Source of the DNA: Macrostomum hystrix
Taxonomy: Eukaryota; Animalia; Platyhelminthes
Assembly: GCA_950097015.1 (NCBI GenBank)
Contig: CATNEN010000041.1
Coordinates: 1,426,001-1,490,000, forward strand
DNA length: 64,000 nucleotides
Direction of reading: 5' to 3'
The notes under the pieces: model-generated
Database searches by the model: none
What the model was told of the DNA's origin: nothing
Seen by the model: only the letters and a program-made list of their open reading frames with translations
Shown here: one piece after another, positions 36,401-47,206 of the stretch
Layout: each line of letters begins with the position of its first letter
Position numbering within the stretch: the first letter of the stretch is position 1
Translations under genes and position numbers: made by a program

Positions 36401-39400
36401 CCTGAATGTGAGGGTTCAGGGGACAGCCGGCAGGCCTCACCTGAATGCTGAGGGTTCAGGGGACAGTCGGCAGGCCTCACCTGAATGCTGAGGGTTCAGG
36501 GGACAGCCGGCAGGCCTCACCTGAATGTGAGGGTTCAGGGGACAGCCGGCAGGCCTCACCTGAATGCTGAGGGTCCGGGGGTTGAGCCAAAACTAATTTC
36601 TAACAATTTGGCACGGCTGGTTTGGCCCGGTAATTGCCTAGACCAGAATCAGGTAATTCTGGGCCTGAAAACATGCCTTGATCGAGGGGGGCCTTCACCC
36701 TGCCTCTCATCCCATTTGCTGAAGGAAATCAGGACCCGAGGAGGGGGATAACTAGAACTTCCCAGACACCCTAGCGACGCTTTGGAGAAGTGCAGCTCAT
36801 GACATCCTCAGCCGTTGCATTTGTTATTCTAGTTTAGCTTTGTGAATTGACAGATATTGCCGTGTCGCCTGGGAACTTTTTCCTAGAAAATCACAGGGCA
36901 TCACACTCGATTTTGTGCCTCCGTATGAGAAAATATCAGTTTCCCAAATTGGGATTTGAGCCCGCGGAGGGCGAGGAGGGGTTGGTGACGGTCAACTGCA
37001 GTTCGCTAATTAGTGCACGGCGTTCTCGGCATTCAAGGAAGAAGTTTTTTTAATTAAAGCCATTTCGAGACGGTAATTACCAAGTTAGAGAGGCAGGCAG
37101 GGCGGGCTCTGCTCTCACTAAAACTTCATTACACAAGGTAAATCGGTGCCTCTCTAATTATGCCCCATGCAGCCCCAGCCGAGCCGGTTTGTAAGGCACT
37201 CCCATCCACCCCACCTCCCCCAACCTCAGGGAAGTTTCTGTTCTCTCCTCCCGCCAGTTCTTCCGCTCCTTCTTCATTTCTTTCCTCGGCTAAGGCAGGC
37301 CTGAGAGTAGCTTAGCCCTGCCAAACCGCAGCGGTTATGACCCGCTGCCAACTTCACATTTACTCCCCCACCCCACCTCCTTCTCACTCGTTATTATTGC
37401 AGAGCAACACACACACTCCCACACACACTCACACACACTCACACACACTCACACACACTCACACACACACTCACTCACACTCACTCACACTCACTCACAC
37501 TCACTCACACTCACACTCACTCACACTCACACTCACTCACACTCACTCACACTCAATCACACTCGCTCACACTCGCTCACACTCACTCACACTCACTCAC
37601 ACTCACTCACACTCAATCACACTCACTCACACTCGCTCACACTCACTCACACTCACTCACACTCACTCACACTCACTCACACTCACTCACTCACACACAC
37701 ACACACTCACTCACACTCACACTCACTCACACACACTCACTCACACTCACTCACACTCACACTCACACACTCACACACTCACACACACACACACACTCAC
37801 ACACTCACACACACTCACACACACACTCACTCACACTCACTCACACTCACTCACACTCACACTCACTCACACTCACACTCACTCACACTCACTCACACTC
37901 AATCACACTCACTCACACTCGCTCACACTCACTCACACTCACTCACACTCACTCACTCACACACACACACACACTCACTCACACTCACACTCACTCACAC
38001 TCACACTCACTCACACTCACTCACACTCACTCACACTCACTCACACTCACTCACACTCACTCACTCACACACACACACACACTCACTCACACTCGCTCAC
38101 ACTCACTCACACTCACACACACACACTCACACACACACACTCACACACACACACTCACACACTCACACACACACACACACTCACACACTCACACACTCAC
38201 ACACACACACACTCACACACACACACCCACACACACTCACACACACGCACACACTCACACACACTCACACACACTCACACACACACACACTCACACACTC
38301 ACACACACACTCACACACACACTCACACACACACACCCACACACACTCACACACACGCACACACTCACACACACTCACACACACTCACACACACACACAC
38401 TCACACACTCACACACACTCACACACACACACTCACACACTCACACACACACTCACACACACTCACACACACACACTCACACACTCACACACACACACAC
38501 ACTCACACACACACACACTCACACACACTCACACACTCACACACACACTCACACACACACACTCACACACTCACACACACTCACACACACACACTCACAC
38601 ACTCACACACACACTCACACACACTCACACACACACACACTCACACACTCACACACACACACACACTCACACACACTCACACACTCACACACACACTCAC
38701 ACACACACACTCACACACTCACACACACTCACACACACACACTCACACACTCACACACACACTCACACACACACTCACACACACACACCCACACACACTC
38801 ACACACACGCACACACTCACACACACACTCACACACACACACCCACACACACTCACACACACGCACACACTCACACACACTCACTCACACACTCACTCAC
38901 ACACACACACTCACACACACTCACACACACACACACACACTCACACACACTCACACACACTCACACACTCACACACACACACACACTCACACACACACAC
39001 TCACACACTCACACACACACACACACACTCACACACTCACACACACTCACACACACACACTCACACACTCACACACACACTCACACCCACACTCACACAC
39101 ACACACCCACACACACTCACACACACGCACACACTCACACACACTCACACACTCGCTCACTCACACACACACTCACTCACACACTCACTCACACACACAC
39201 TCACACACACAGTCACTCACACACTCACTCACACTCACACTCTCACACAGACACTCACTCACACACTCACTCACACTCACACACTCACACACACAGTCAC
39301 ACACTCAGCTGCACCTCATTAAGGCTGAGGGGGCAGGGGGCGGAAATCTCCCCTATCCCTAATGATTGCGCACACGGCAAAGGCAGCTTCAGGCCCGGCT

Positions 39401-40289
39401 GATGAAGGGAAAACACGGCAAGGCTGGCTGAAAGCAAAAGTGCCGCCGCCGCGATGCGAATCCCAGATGGGCTTGGGCGAAGGCGAGAAAATTTGGGAGA
39501 AAACTGATGAAAACTTAGCCCTAATTTCTTGCCCAGTCGCTTCCCAAAAAAATCCGGTCTCAATGAGGACCGCTCGAAAGATTGAGCTGTTTAATAACCG
39601 CGGCAATTGGCCTGATTATCCCTCTCTCCTGCGACCGTATATCCCCCAGGGCTGGGGAGCTCGACCCGGAACCCCTCGCCCACCTCGACAGCTCAATCTG
39701 TGTGGCATCTCTCGAGCTCTCATGATAGGTGAGATAATTGCTTTGTCTTCCTGCTGCCGCTGCCCCAGGCCATCTGTGCTGCCTGGACTGTCTCCGCATT
39801 CTCTCTCACAGATCTTTCTACACTGCCTGTCTCTGTCTGTCTCTGTCTGTCTCTCTCTGTCTGTCTCTGTCTCTCTCTGTCTGTCTGTCTCTGTCTCTCT
39901 CTGTCTGTCTCTCTCTGTCTGTCTCTGTCTCTCTCTGTCTGTCTGTCTCTGTCTCTCTCTGTCTGTCTGTCTCTGTCTCTCTCTGTCTGTCTGTCTCTGT
40001 CTCTCTCTGTCTGTCTGTCTCTGTCTCTCTCTGTCTGTCTGTCTCTGTCTTTCTCTGTCTGTCTGTCTCTGTCTCTCTCTGTCTGTCTGTCTCTCTCTGT
40101 CTGTCTCTCTCTGTCTGTCTCTCTGTCTGTCTCTCTGTCTGTCTGTCTGTCTCCATCCACCTCTGTTTCTCCCTTGTCACCCCTGTCTCCAGGTGCTCAA
40201 GAGGCGCCCAACTCACTGCCGCTGGCCAGCTCGGCTGTCAGGCTGGCTCCGCCGCCTCCTCCGGGCAGCTCGTCTCGGCTGGAGTCCAT
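33432..40289 (-). CDS. LMO4: LIM domain only protein LMO4, 210 aa; exons 40289-40217, 36151-35935, 33774-33432
   Basis: LIM1: [60 protein letters not shown]2: [41 protein letters not shown]...[19 protein letters not shown] is characteristic of LMO4. Intron phases 1 and 2 are mutually consistent with GT-AG sites. Exon 1 is inferred from ATG context, a GTGAGT donor and phase match. Confidence 0.9.
33817..34078. repeat. 19-bp purine-rich minisatellite (GAGACTGGGATGGAGAGGG)n in LMO4 intron 2
   Basis: Read directly from the sequence. Confidence 0.95.
34592..34820 (-). mobile_element. tRNA-derived SINE family 1, CpG-rich 3'-truncated copy in LMO4 intron 2
   Basis: Reverse complement GGGGGTCAGTGGCAGAGCGGTCAAACGCG...CCCGATTCC (A/B boxes); colinear with 15006-15230. 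Confidence 0.75.
34823..35082. repeat. 22-bp minisatellite (ATCATGGGGATCACACTGAGGG)n abutting the SINE head
   Basis: Read directly from the sequence. Confidence 0.92.
36300..36572. repeat. 39/40-bp minisatellite (GGGACAGCCGGCAGGCCTCACCTGAATGTGAGGGTTCAG), about 7 copies, in LMO4 intron 1
   Basis: Read directly from the sequence. Confidence 0.92.
37404..39305. repeat. ~1.9-kb compound (CA)n/(CACT)n microsatellite in LMO4 intron 1
   Basis: Read directly; generates the spurious 661-aa His/Thr ORF. Confidence 0.97.
39826..40153. repeat. Compound (CT)n/(CTGT)n microsatellite in LMO4 intron 1
   Basis: Read directly from the sequence. Confidence 0.95.
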
Positions 40290-40560
40290 GGCTGATTGCC
40301 GGGGGTGTTCAGTGCGTCCTGCAGGCTCTGTCGGGAGGCTTGGCTGCTCGCCTGGCTCTCGAGCGGGTAGGTTGGTGGCTGGGCAGCCAGCGGGCAGGCA
40401 ATAAAGCCGGCGTGCGGAGGGTGGGGTGGGTGCCGTGCGGCCCTCAGCCAATCTGTGGCCGGCCCACCCCAGCACATTTCTGTTAGAGATATTTGCCTTT
40501 GGGGATAAACTTCCCAGTTGCTTTATATCCCACCAAGCCATGAACTTGCCTCAGGTATTC
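40290..40560 (-). promoter_or_regulatory. Candidate LMO4 proximal promoter / 5' UTR
   Basis: GC-rich, with a CCAAT box at 40448-40452 and CCACCC/GC-box-like motifs between the MCT poly(A) signal and the LMO4 ATG. Inference only. Confidence 0.35.
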
Positions 40561-40831
40561 GCTCATTTGCCAGCTGCCCAAAACTTTTCGATTCTTTTTA
40601 ATCAGGGAAAACTCGTTGGAATGGTGAAGTGGGAATATAAGGGCTTATTGTCATAAGAGAAGTTTTTGAATGCGGGCGGAGACATTTTTCGCAATATTAT
40701 CAGTGCATTGCTCACAGTAGTCTCATTGGCTTCTTTAATGCAAAATGTTAAATAACAAAGCGGCAAAGCATTGATCAAGTTTACTCAAATATGAGTTCTA
40801 CCAAAATGAACAAAAACTTAACTGTGCTTCT

Positions 40832-40837
40832 TTTATT
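40832..40837 (-). terminator. Candidate polyadenylation signal (AATAAA) of the SLC16 gene
   Basis: AATAAA on the - strand, about 180 nt after the stop, followed by a U-rich tract. Confidence 0.5.
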
Positions 40838-41013
40838 CTACCAATGCCACTCCAGCCATTGAAATCCCATTTTGTAAGCTCTTTTGTGGACTATTGTGAA
40901 TTTGGCCAAAATCCTCTGACTATTCGGATATGTTTGCTGGGCCTTAAGGCAGCTGTTAAGCAGCGGTATCAAGAAGCTGTGTGTACAGTGGAGTCAGTCA
41001 GTCAGTCTGTCTG

Positions 41014-43122
41014 TCAGCCCTGAACCCTTGAGCTGGCCAGGCTCTGCAGGCTGCGCACAATGTCCTCTGTGTTCTCCGCCTCGCGCTGCCGGAACCTGGG
41101 CAGGTGCAGCAGGGAGTGCATGAGGCTGCAGACGCCGAAGAGGGCGCCGCTGACCAAGAATGGCACCAGATAGCCGGTGGCCTCGGTGTACAGGCAGCCG
41201 CCGATGGGGGGTCCGAAGCAGGACGAGAGGCCGCGGGCCAGCACTAGCAGCCCGAAGCCGCTGGTGACGTTCTCCAGGCCGATGAGCTGGCAGAGGATGA
41301 TGCTGGTGAGGCTGATGTAGGGCCCGGAGAAGAAGCCATACAGGGCGAACACGGTCACCATGGAGACGTAGCTGCGGCAGACAACGAGCAAAGCGGCGAA
41401 CACGCCGGTGATGAAAATCGTGACATTGTTGATAGCCAGCGGGGAGAAGTGTTTCTGCCCGGCCAGAAAGCCAAAAACGATCCTGGCGATGGTGTTGGCG
41501 GCGCCGTAGGCCGAGATGAGGGTGGGCGTGAGCGCTGCTGGGACTCCGGCCTCCTTGGCAAAGTCGCTGATGAAGAAGCCGGGAATGTAGAAGGCGATCA
41601 TGCCCACTAGGTTGGCGGCGAAGATGATGACGTAGCTGAGCTCCTTGAGGAGGCTGAAGTTCGTCATCAGCGACAGGGCATAGCGGAACGGTTTGGAAGC
41701 TCGCAGGGTGTCGAGGACACCAGTCGCCTCGATGCTTCCGTCGGCGGAGCGAGCGATGGCAGACTCCAAGTCAGTTCGCGAGGCCGGCAGCCGCGTCATG
41801 GAGAGGTACAGGTCCGCTTGCGACACGTCCTTCAGAGATCGCTTCAACCGGGGATCGTGCTGCGCCAGGTCAAAGATCGAGCTGCTCAAGAAGATGTCCT
41901 TTTGGTTCATTGGCCTGCGAACTTCCTGCAAACGGCTGCGGCTGATCAGCCGGCCGGCGCCGCCGCCTCCACCGCCGCCGACACCTCCAGTGCCCGATGT
42001 GGTGTCTGCAGCCGTTGCGCTGGTCTGGCCTCGCGGCCGGACCCGAATCTCCCTCAGGCGCATGATGTCCGGCGAAGATTCCATGAAGTCGTCGCGGTCC
42101 GCGCCGCCCGCAGCGACCACTCGCGACTTGGATGGCTGCTTCACCTGGCTGCGCTTGTAGCGAATCGCTCCAGAGTCACTGTTGGATCGCAGCCGCGAGT
42201 CCTCCGTCTCCACCGCCGCATCTACCGTGGCCTCCGTGGTCCCATTTGCAGTGGCGGCCGCCTGAGCAACGTTTTTGATATACTTTTGCACCAGGCTGCT
42301 GACATTCTTCGAACTGTTGGCATCCTCGCCGCCCACCGCAGTGGATGCGGTTGCTTCGGTTGCGGCTGCCGACCCGGATGCGCTGGCTCCCTTCAGCGGC
42401 TCTTTGACCACATCGATGGGCCGCATGAGGCAGCCGAAGACGGCGCCGTTGAGGGCGAAGCCGGCGAGAATCATGAGGCAGTTCTGCCAGCCGTAGTGCT
42501 CCAGCAGGATGCGAACCACCGGTCCCATCACCATCGTGCCGATGCCGGTGCCGCACACCGCCAGGCCCACGGCCAGGGAGCGCCGCTTGCGGAAATAAAA
42601 GTTCACGATCACGATGGACGGCAGGTACATGAGGCCGAGCCCGATGCCGCCCATCACGCCGTACAGAAGCGTCAGCGAGGTTACACTGCGGGCGAAGCTG
42701 CTGCCCAGGAAGGCCAGGCACGAGATCACGGAGCCGAGGACGCAGGTGACTCGGCAGCCGAATTTGTTCACAAGGCCGCCAGCCACGGGGCCAGACATCA
42801 GGTAGACTCCGCAAAGCAGCGAGCCAATCAGCGACAGCGAGGATTTCGGCGCTTCAGAGAAGTGGTCGATGAAGTCCACCAGCATCTCGCAGTAGGTGTT
42901 CGCGATGCCATCGATGATGAAGTTGTTGCACATGCTGGCCAGCATCACTACCCAGGCGTATCCACGGTCCAGCGGCAGCGGCAGCATCTCTTCCTCCACC
43001 TCCTCGACGACCTCCGGCTCCGCCGCTTCCGCCGCCGCTATCATCGGGGAGGCGGCGGTTGCGTTCTCCGCCTCAGCATCATTGTCCGGACCACCTTTTG
43101 GATTGTCCGTGACTTCTGGCAT
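41014..43122 (-). CDS. Monocarboxylate transporter (SLC16/MCT family, MFS), intronless, about 702 aa
   Basis: PLDRGYAWVVMLAS (variant of PPDGGWGW), LVNKFGCR, GLGLMYLPSIVIVNFYFRKRRSLAVGLA..GTGIG, HYGWQNCLMILAG. Twelve hydrophobic segments with a large central loop. First true ATG at 43122. Confidence 0.93.
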   Translation of the reverse strand: MPEVTDNPKGGPDNDAEAENATAASPMIAAAEAAEPEVVEEVEEEMLPLPLDRGYAWVVMLASMCNNFIIDGIANTYCEMLVDFIDHFSEAPKSSLSLIGSLLCGVYLMSGPVAGGLVNKFGCRVTCVLGSVISCLAFLGSSFARSVTSLTLLYGVMGGIGLGLMYLPSIVIVNFYFRKRRSLAVGLAVCGTGIGTMVMGPVVRILLEHYGWQNCLMILAGFALNGAVFGCLMRPIDVVKEPLKGASASGSAAATEATASTAVGGEDANSSKNVSSLVQKYIKNVAQAAATANGTTEATVDAAVETEDSRLRSNSDSGAIRYKRSQVKQPSKSRVVAAGGADRDDFMESSPDIMRLREIRVRPRGQTSATAADTTSGTGGVGGGGGGGAGRLISRSRLQEVRRPMNQKDIFLSSSIFDLAQHDPRLKRSLKDVSQADLYLSMTRLPASRTDLESAIARSADGSIEATGVLDTLRASKPFRYALSLMTNFSLLKELSYVIIFAANLVGMIAFYIPGFFISDFAKEAGVPAALTPTLISAYGAANTIARIVFGFLAGQKHFSPLAINNVTIFITGVFAALLVVCRSYVSMVTVFALYGFFSGPYISLTSIILCQLIGLENVTSGFGLLVLARGLSSCFGPPIGGCLYTEATGYLVPFLVSGALFGVCSLMHSLLHLPRFRQREAENTEDIVRSLQSLASSRVQG

Positions 43123-43665
43123 TTGTCCGCAACCTGGGCTCTCCCTCACCTGCTCTGCTGTTTCTCTTGTTCCCTCTGCCGGTCTGGTCCGGCCTGCCAG
43201 GTGTTTTCTACGCGGCCTTTATTGCAGCCGGTCTGGGCAGCTCGGGGGCAGAGATGTGAGAAGGTCAGCACGCGGTTCTCACGTGACCCAATTCTGGCAG
43301 GGTAACTTATCAACAACGGGCTTTTATCAGTCACGGGGGCGTTCTCGGTGTCATTCATTGTTTCCCGCGATCGGCGTTTTTGTGTTTTTTTTTCGGTTCG
43401 CGAACTTCGCAGCTACAGGTGTCACTGAGCACCTCTTATCCCGCTTATCTGGGACCCCGCAGCCCCCTGCTGTTTCAGGCGGCCCACCACCCTTCACTGC
43501 CACCTTGCTCACCCGGTCTTGAGTCAATTATCTGGTCTCAAGGCTGCCTGACACTTGCAAAAATCCAAGAGATGCTTTTGAAGTTAAGTGCGAACACAAC
43601 ACTGACAGAGGCTCCTCTTCCTTTTGCTGTGCATTCTGCGAATCGGTAGAATCTTCGTGCTTGGA

Positions 43666-44576
43666 GATGGGGGTTGGAAAGCATGCATTGGGATTGGAAA
43701 GCATGCAGATGGGATTGGAAAGCATGCAGATGGGGTTGGAGAACATGCAGATGGGATTGGAAAGCATGCAGATGGGGTTGAAAAGCATGCAGATGGGGTT
43801 GGAAAGCATGCAGATGGGATTGGAGAAATTGCAGATGGGATTGGAAAGCATGCAGATGGGATTGGAGAAATTGCAGATGGGGTTGGAAAGCATGCAGATG
43901 GGATTGGAGAAATTGCAGATGGGGTTGGAAAGCATGCAGATGGGATTGGAGAAATTGCAGATGGGATTGGAAAGCATGCAGATGGGATTGGAGAAATTGC
44001 AGATGGGATTGGAAAGCATGCAGATGGGGTTGGAAAGCATGCAGATGGGGTTGGAAAGCATGCAGATGGGGTTGGAAAGCATGCAGATGGGGTTGGAAAG
44101 CATGCAGATGGGGTTGGAAAGCATGCAGATGGGGTTGGAAAGCTTGCAGATGGGATTGGAGAAATTGCAGATGGGATTGGAAAGCATGCAGATGGGATTG
44201 GAGAAATTGCAGATGGGATTGGAAAGCATGCAGATGGGATTGGAAAGCATGCAGATCGGGTTGGAAAGCATGCAGATTGGGTTGGAAAGCATGCAGATGG
44301 GGTTGGAAAGCATGCAGATGGGGTTGGAAAGCATGCAGATGGGGTTGGAAAGCATGCAGATGGGGTTGGAAAACATGCAGATTGGGTTGGAAAGCATGCA
44401 GATGGGGTTGGAAAGCATGCAGATGGGATTGGAAAGCATGCAGATGGGGTTGGAAAGCATGCAGATGGGATTGGAAAGCATGCAGATGGGGTTGGAAAGC
44501 GTGCAGATGGGGTTGGAGAACATGCAGATGGGATTGGAAAACATGCAGATGGGGTTGGAAAACATGCAGATGGGAT
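43666..44576. repeat. 21-bp minisatellite (GG[G/A]TTGGAAAGCATGCAGATG)n, about 43 copies
   Basis: Read directly; the unit is a multiple of 3, giving long repetitive ORFs. Confidence 0.96.
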
Positions 44577-44905
44577 TTAGTGTCGTACTGTGTGTGCTGA
44601 GAAGGCAGCTTTGATGACGCGGACGCCCTGTCCGACTCCTTCAAGACACCAGGTGGGTGCACCTGGGGGACACGCTTGCCAAGGCTCATGAGAGCCAGTC
44701 ATTCAAACCAACCCCTGCCTTGGTGCACTGCATTGCGTGATAAAATAGGTAACGAATTCAGTCCGCACTTGACCAACTGCCGATCCGCCTTCATCGGAGC
44801 CCGTCTCCGAGCGACTCCATCAACAGTGGCCTGCCAGCAGCAAGACTCGCAGAAAACGGACTGAGACACTGATACAGACTGCTAGAACTGAAGCCGGCTG
44901 CCGCA

Positions 44906-46108
44906 ATGCGTTGCGTAAGAAGAAGAATGCTGGCTCATCTGGTGATGGCAGTGACTGCCACAGCATTGCTCATGTGCTATTCGATTTATCGATTGCAAAA
45001 CCAAATGGAGAGAGACGCATTTAGTGAAGCCATAACACATGTCGAGTCTGATAATGGGACCGAGCTGCCAATACGCTCGTACATGTTAAAAGCGACTTTG
45101 CTGACTCTTACAACCGGTTGAAGCAGCGCCAGCGGTCCAGAGACTGCCTGCACCAGCTCAACTCCAAGCTGCAGCTGCTGCTGCTGCGTCTAACCTCTGA
45201 GGCCGAGTTCGACTCGACGCACCGAGCCCGGGCCGCCGCGGCCTCGCTGAGCTCCTCCGTCGACGTTTTGTTCGCGGCCTCGGTGCGGAACGCCATGGGC
45301 GGCCTGCCGAGCAGCGACTGGCGACGCCGCGACCCCCGGGTCCGACTGCTGGGCTGCGCCGGCGCCGAGACCCAGTGCTGGATGAACATCAGCTACTCAA
45401 GCGGCAAGATTCACCGTCAGGCTGGTCGTGGCCTCGAAACCTTGAGGAGAATCGCGAGCGCGGCTTAGTCATGTCCGCCCTGAGGAACATGTACCTGCGC
45501 TTTATCTACCAAGAGCTCTACCGGCCCGACCGCGAGTCCCTGCTCATCGTCCTGGACCCCGACCTCAGCTTCAAGCCATGGAACCTGGACGCGGTCCTGC
45601 AGGGCCTGTACTACTTCGTGATCGACCGCGGCTGCAGTCGCTATGCGCTAACACAAGGTTCCTCAGCTTCATCTACGATCCCTGCACGTTGGTGTTCCAG
45701 CCCTACCAGCTCTTCACGCAGGCCTCCAAGGAGCCGCCAGTTCTCGCTAAAATTCGCGAACAGCAGCCTCCGCTTAGCATGCCACCGTTGAAGATGGCCG
45801 GCTGTTTCCAAGCCTTCACCGCCTACCGACTGAGCCACCTCGCCCGCCATCGTCTCGAGTACTTGCCGGCCCCCTGGGAGAACTCGAGCGAGCACCTGAC
45901 GCTGTCAAGGCAGCTGACTGAGAACTACCTGGACTTCAACATGCGGATGGAAGTCGTGGAACTTCTAGAGCTGGCCCTCATGGACTGGGGATGCCAGGAG
46001 TTTGAGTCAGCCGATACTTTTTTGTCAATATTGGCTTGTTTTGTTCTAGTTGTACGTACTAGTTTTAAAAAGCTTTACTCCTTTTTCTTGCTGACCCTGC
46101 TGTTTTAG
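44906..46108 (+). pseudogene. Frameshifted type II membrane GT-A glycosyltransferase (CAP59/GT69-like or microbial GT2-like)
   Basis: N-terminal signal anchor (MRCVRRRMLAHLVMAVTATALLMCYSIY), then VLFAASVRN, SSD..WRRRDPRVRLLGC, R...MSALRNMYL, LIVLDPD (DxD), LCAN....YDP, AGCFQAFTAY, SEH. These motifs are spread over four frames, implying three frameshifts and apparent internal deletions. Family assignment is from motif recall. Confidence 0.65.
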
Positions 46109-46369
46109 TTAAGAGCACTTTGCGCTTTGACATACATTGTTACTATTTGCAGTTGGTGAAACCACAGGTATTATATAGTATCTGTGGGTGAAACTTGTTC
46201 AATGAGCCAGTTTATACTCAGGCCAATGTCATCAGTGTCTGCCTACCTGTGTCAGCTAAAAATATACGTGAATTTTGTCTGTGGTAAAAATATGAAAATT
46301 ATCACTTTCAAATAGAACAATTTCACAAATTTAATATAAGAAATAAACTCTGGGCTTGCGCGTCGGTAA

Positions 46370-46452
46370 AAACAGGTCTATGTAGAGGGCCGACCCTCAC
46401 TGTCCGCAGCAGCACGTCCTGTTTCGCATATGAACGCGCACTACCACTGCCA
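46370..46452 (-). other. Degenerate tRNA-like (SINE head?) segment ending in a T-run
   Basis: Reverse complement TGGCAGTGGTAGTGCGCGTTCATATGCGAAACAGG...GACCTGTTTTT resembles an A-box and tRNA 5' half, but no full cloverleaf is evident. Confidence 0.25.
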
Positions 46453-46504
46453 GTAATGTAAAAGGAAAAAAAAAATTTATTTTGTTAATAAATTTAGTCT
46501 AGTT

Positions 46505-46509
46505 CAGTC

Positions 46510-46562
<53 letters not shown>

Positions 46563-46576
46563 GCTGGGTGTCTGTG

Positions 46577-46621
<45 letters not shown>

Positions 46622-46651
46622 GTCTGTCTGTCTGTCTGTTTATCTGTCTGC
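46505..46651. repeat. (TGTC)n microsatellite
   Basis: Read directly from the sequence. Confidence 0.93.
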
Positions 46652-47206
46652 CTTGCAGGCCAGCAAGTAAATCTACTGCGATCTAATTTCTCGACAATGA
46701 GCTGCAATCAGATAAGATTTAGTTCACTCTATCTGCACCAGTATTAATTTTAGGCACTCGATAGTTTTTGAGTTAAAGACAGAGCAAAAAATGTGATAAT
46801 TTCCTACTTTATCTCCGACTGCACCTAAGACTCAAAACTTCCTCTAGACTTAACTGGATACAATTGCCTACAAACCGGAGTCTGCATGCAGAATATTCTG
46901 GGCCTTCAGCCAATCATTTTTTAGTAAACCAATGTAAACTAGAGTGGAAAGAACATGAATTTCAAGAACTTCAAATGTGCACTAGGAAATCTTGTATGAT
47001 GAAGACAAAAAGTAAAAAAATCTTTTGTGGCTACTTGTGCAGCAGTGAAGGACAGAGAGGTAATTAGCGAGGCTCACTGCTGATACTTGTCGGTTGTCTT
47101 GGATACAAAAGTAGCGAGAAACAAATGCGCCGGGACACCTACTGAAATACCTGCCCAGAGCCCACGAAAAAAGCGGAATATCCACGAATTTTCCCATAAC
47201 ACATGC

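Noticed and set aside
37337-39322. 661-aa His/Thr-rich ORF
   Set aside because: Translation of a (CA)n/(CACT)n microsatellite in LMO4 intron 1, on the opposite strand.
43134-43149. 16-nt GT...AG segment upstream of the MCT ATG as a micro-intron
   Set aside because: Too short for spliceosomal removal; the AG may be a real acceptor for a more distant donor or a leader.
41818-43305. 495-aa plus-strand ORF antisense to the MCT gene (likewise 26312-27304, 13115-13660 and 62127-62843)
   Set aside because: Shadow ORFs expected opposite or overlapping GC3-rich coding sequence; no motifs.
43624-44580. (HADGIGK)n as a neuropeptide precursor with amidation sites
   Set aside because: No signal peptide or dibasic sites; DNA variants are not biased to synonymous positions; other frames are equally open.
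47087-47206. N-terminal extension of the PAN-LamG ORF
   Set aside because: The track starts at a non-ATG codon; the signal peptide begins at ATG 47207.
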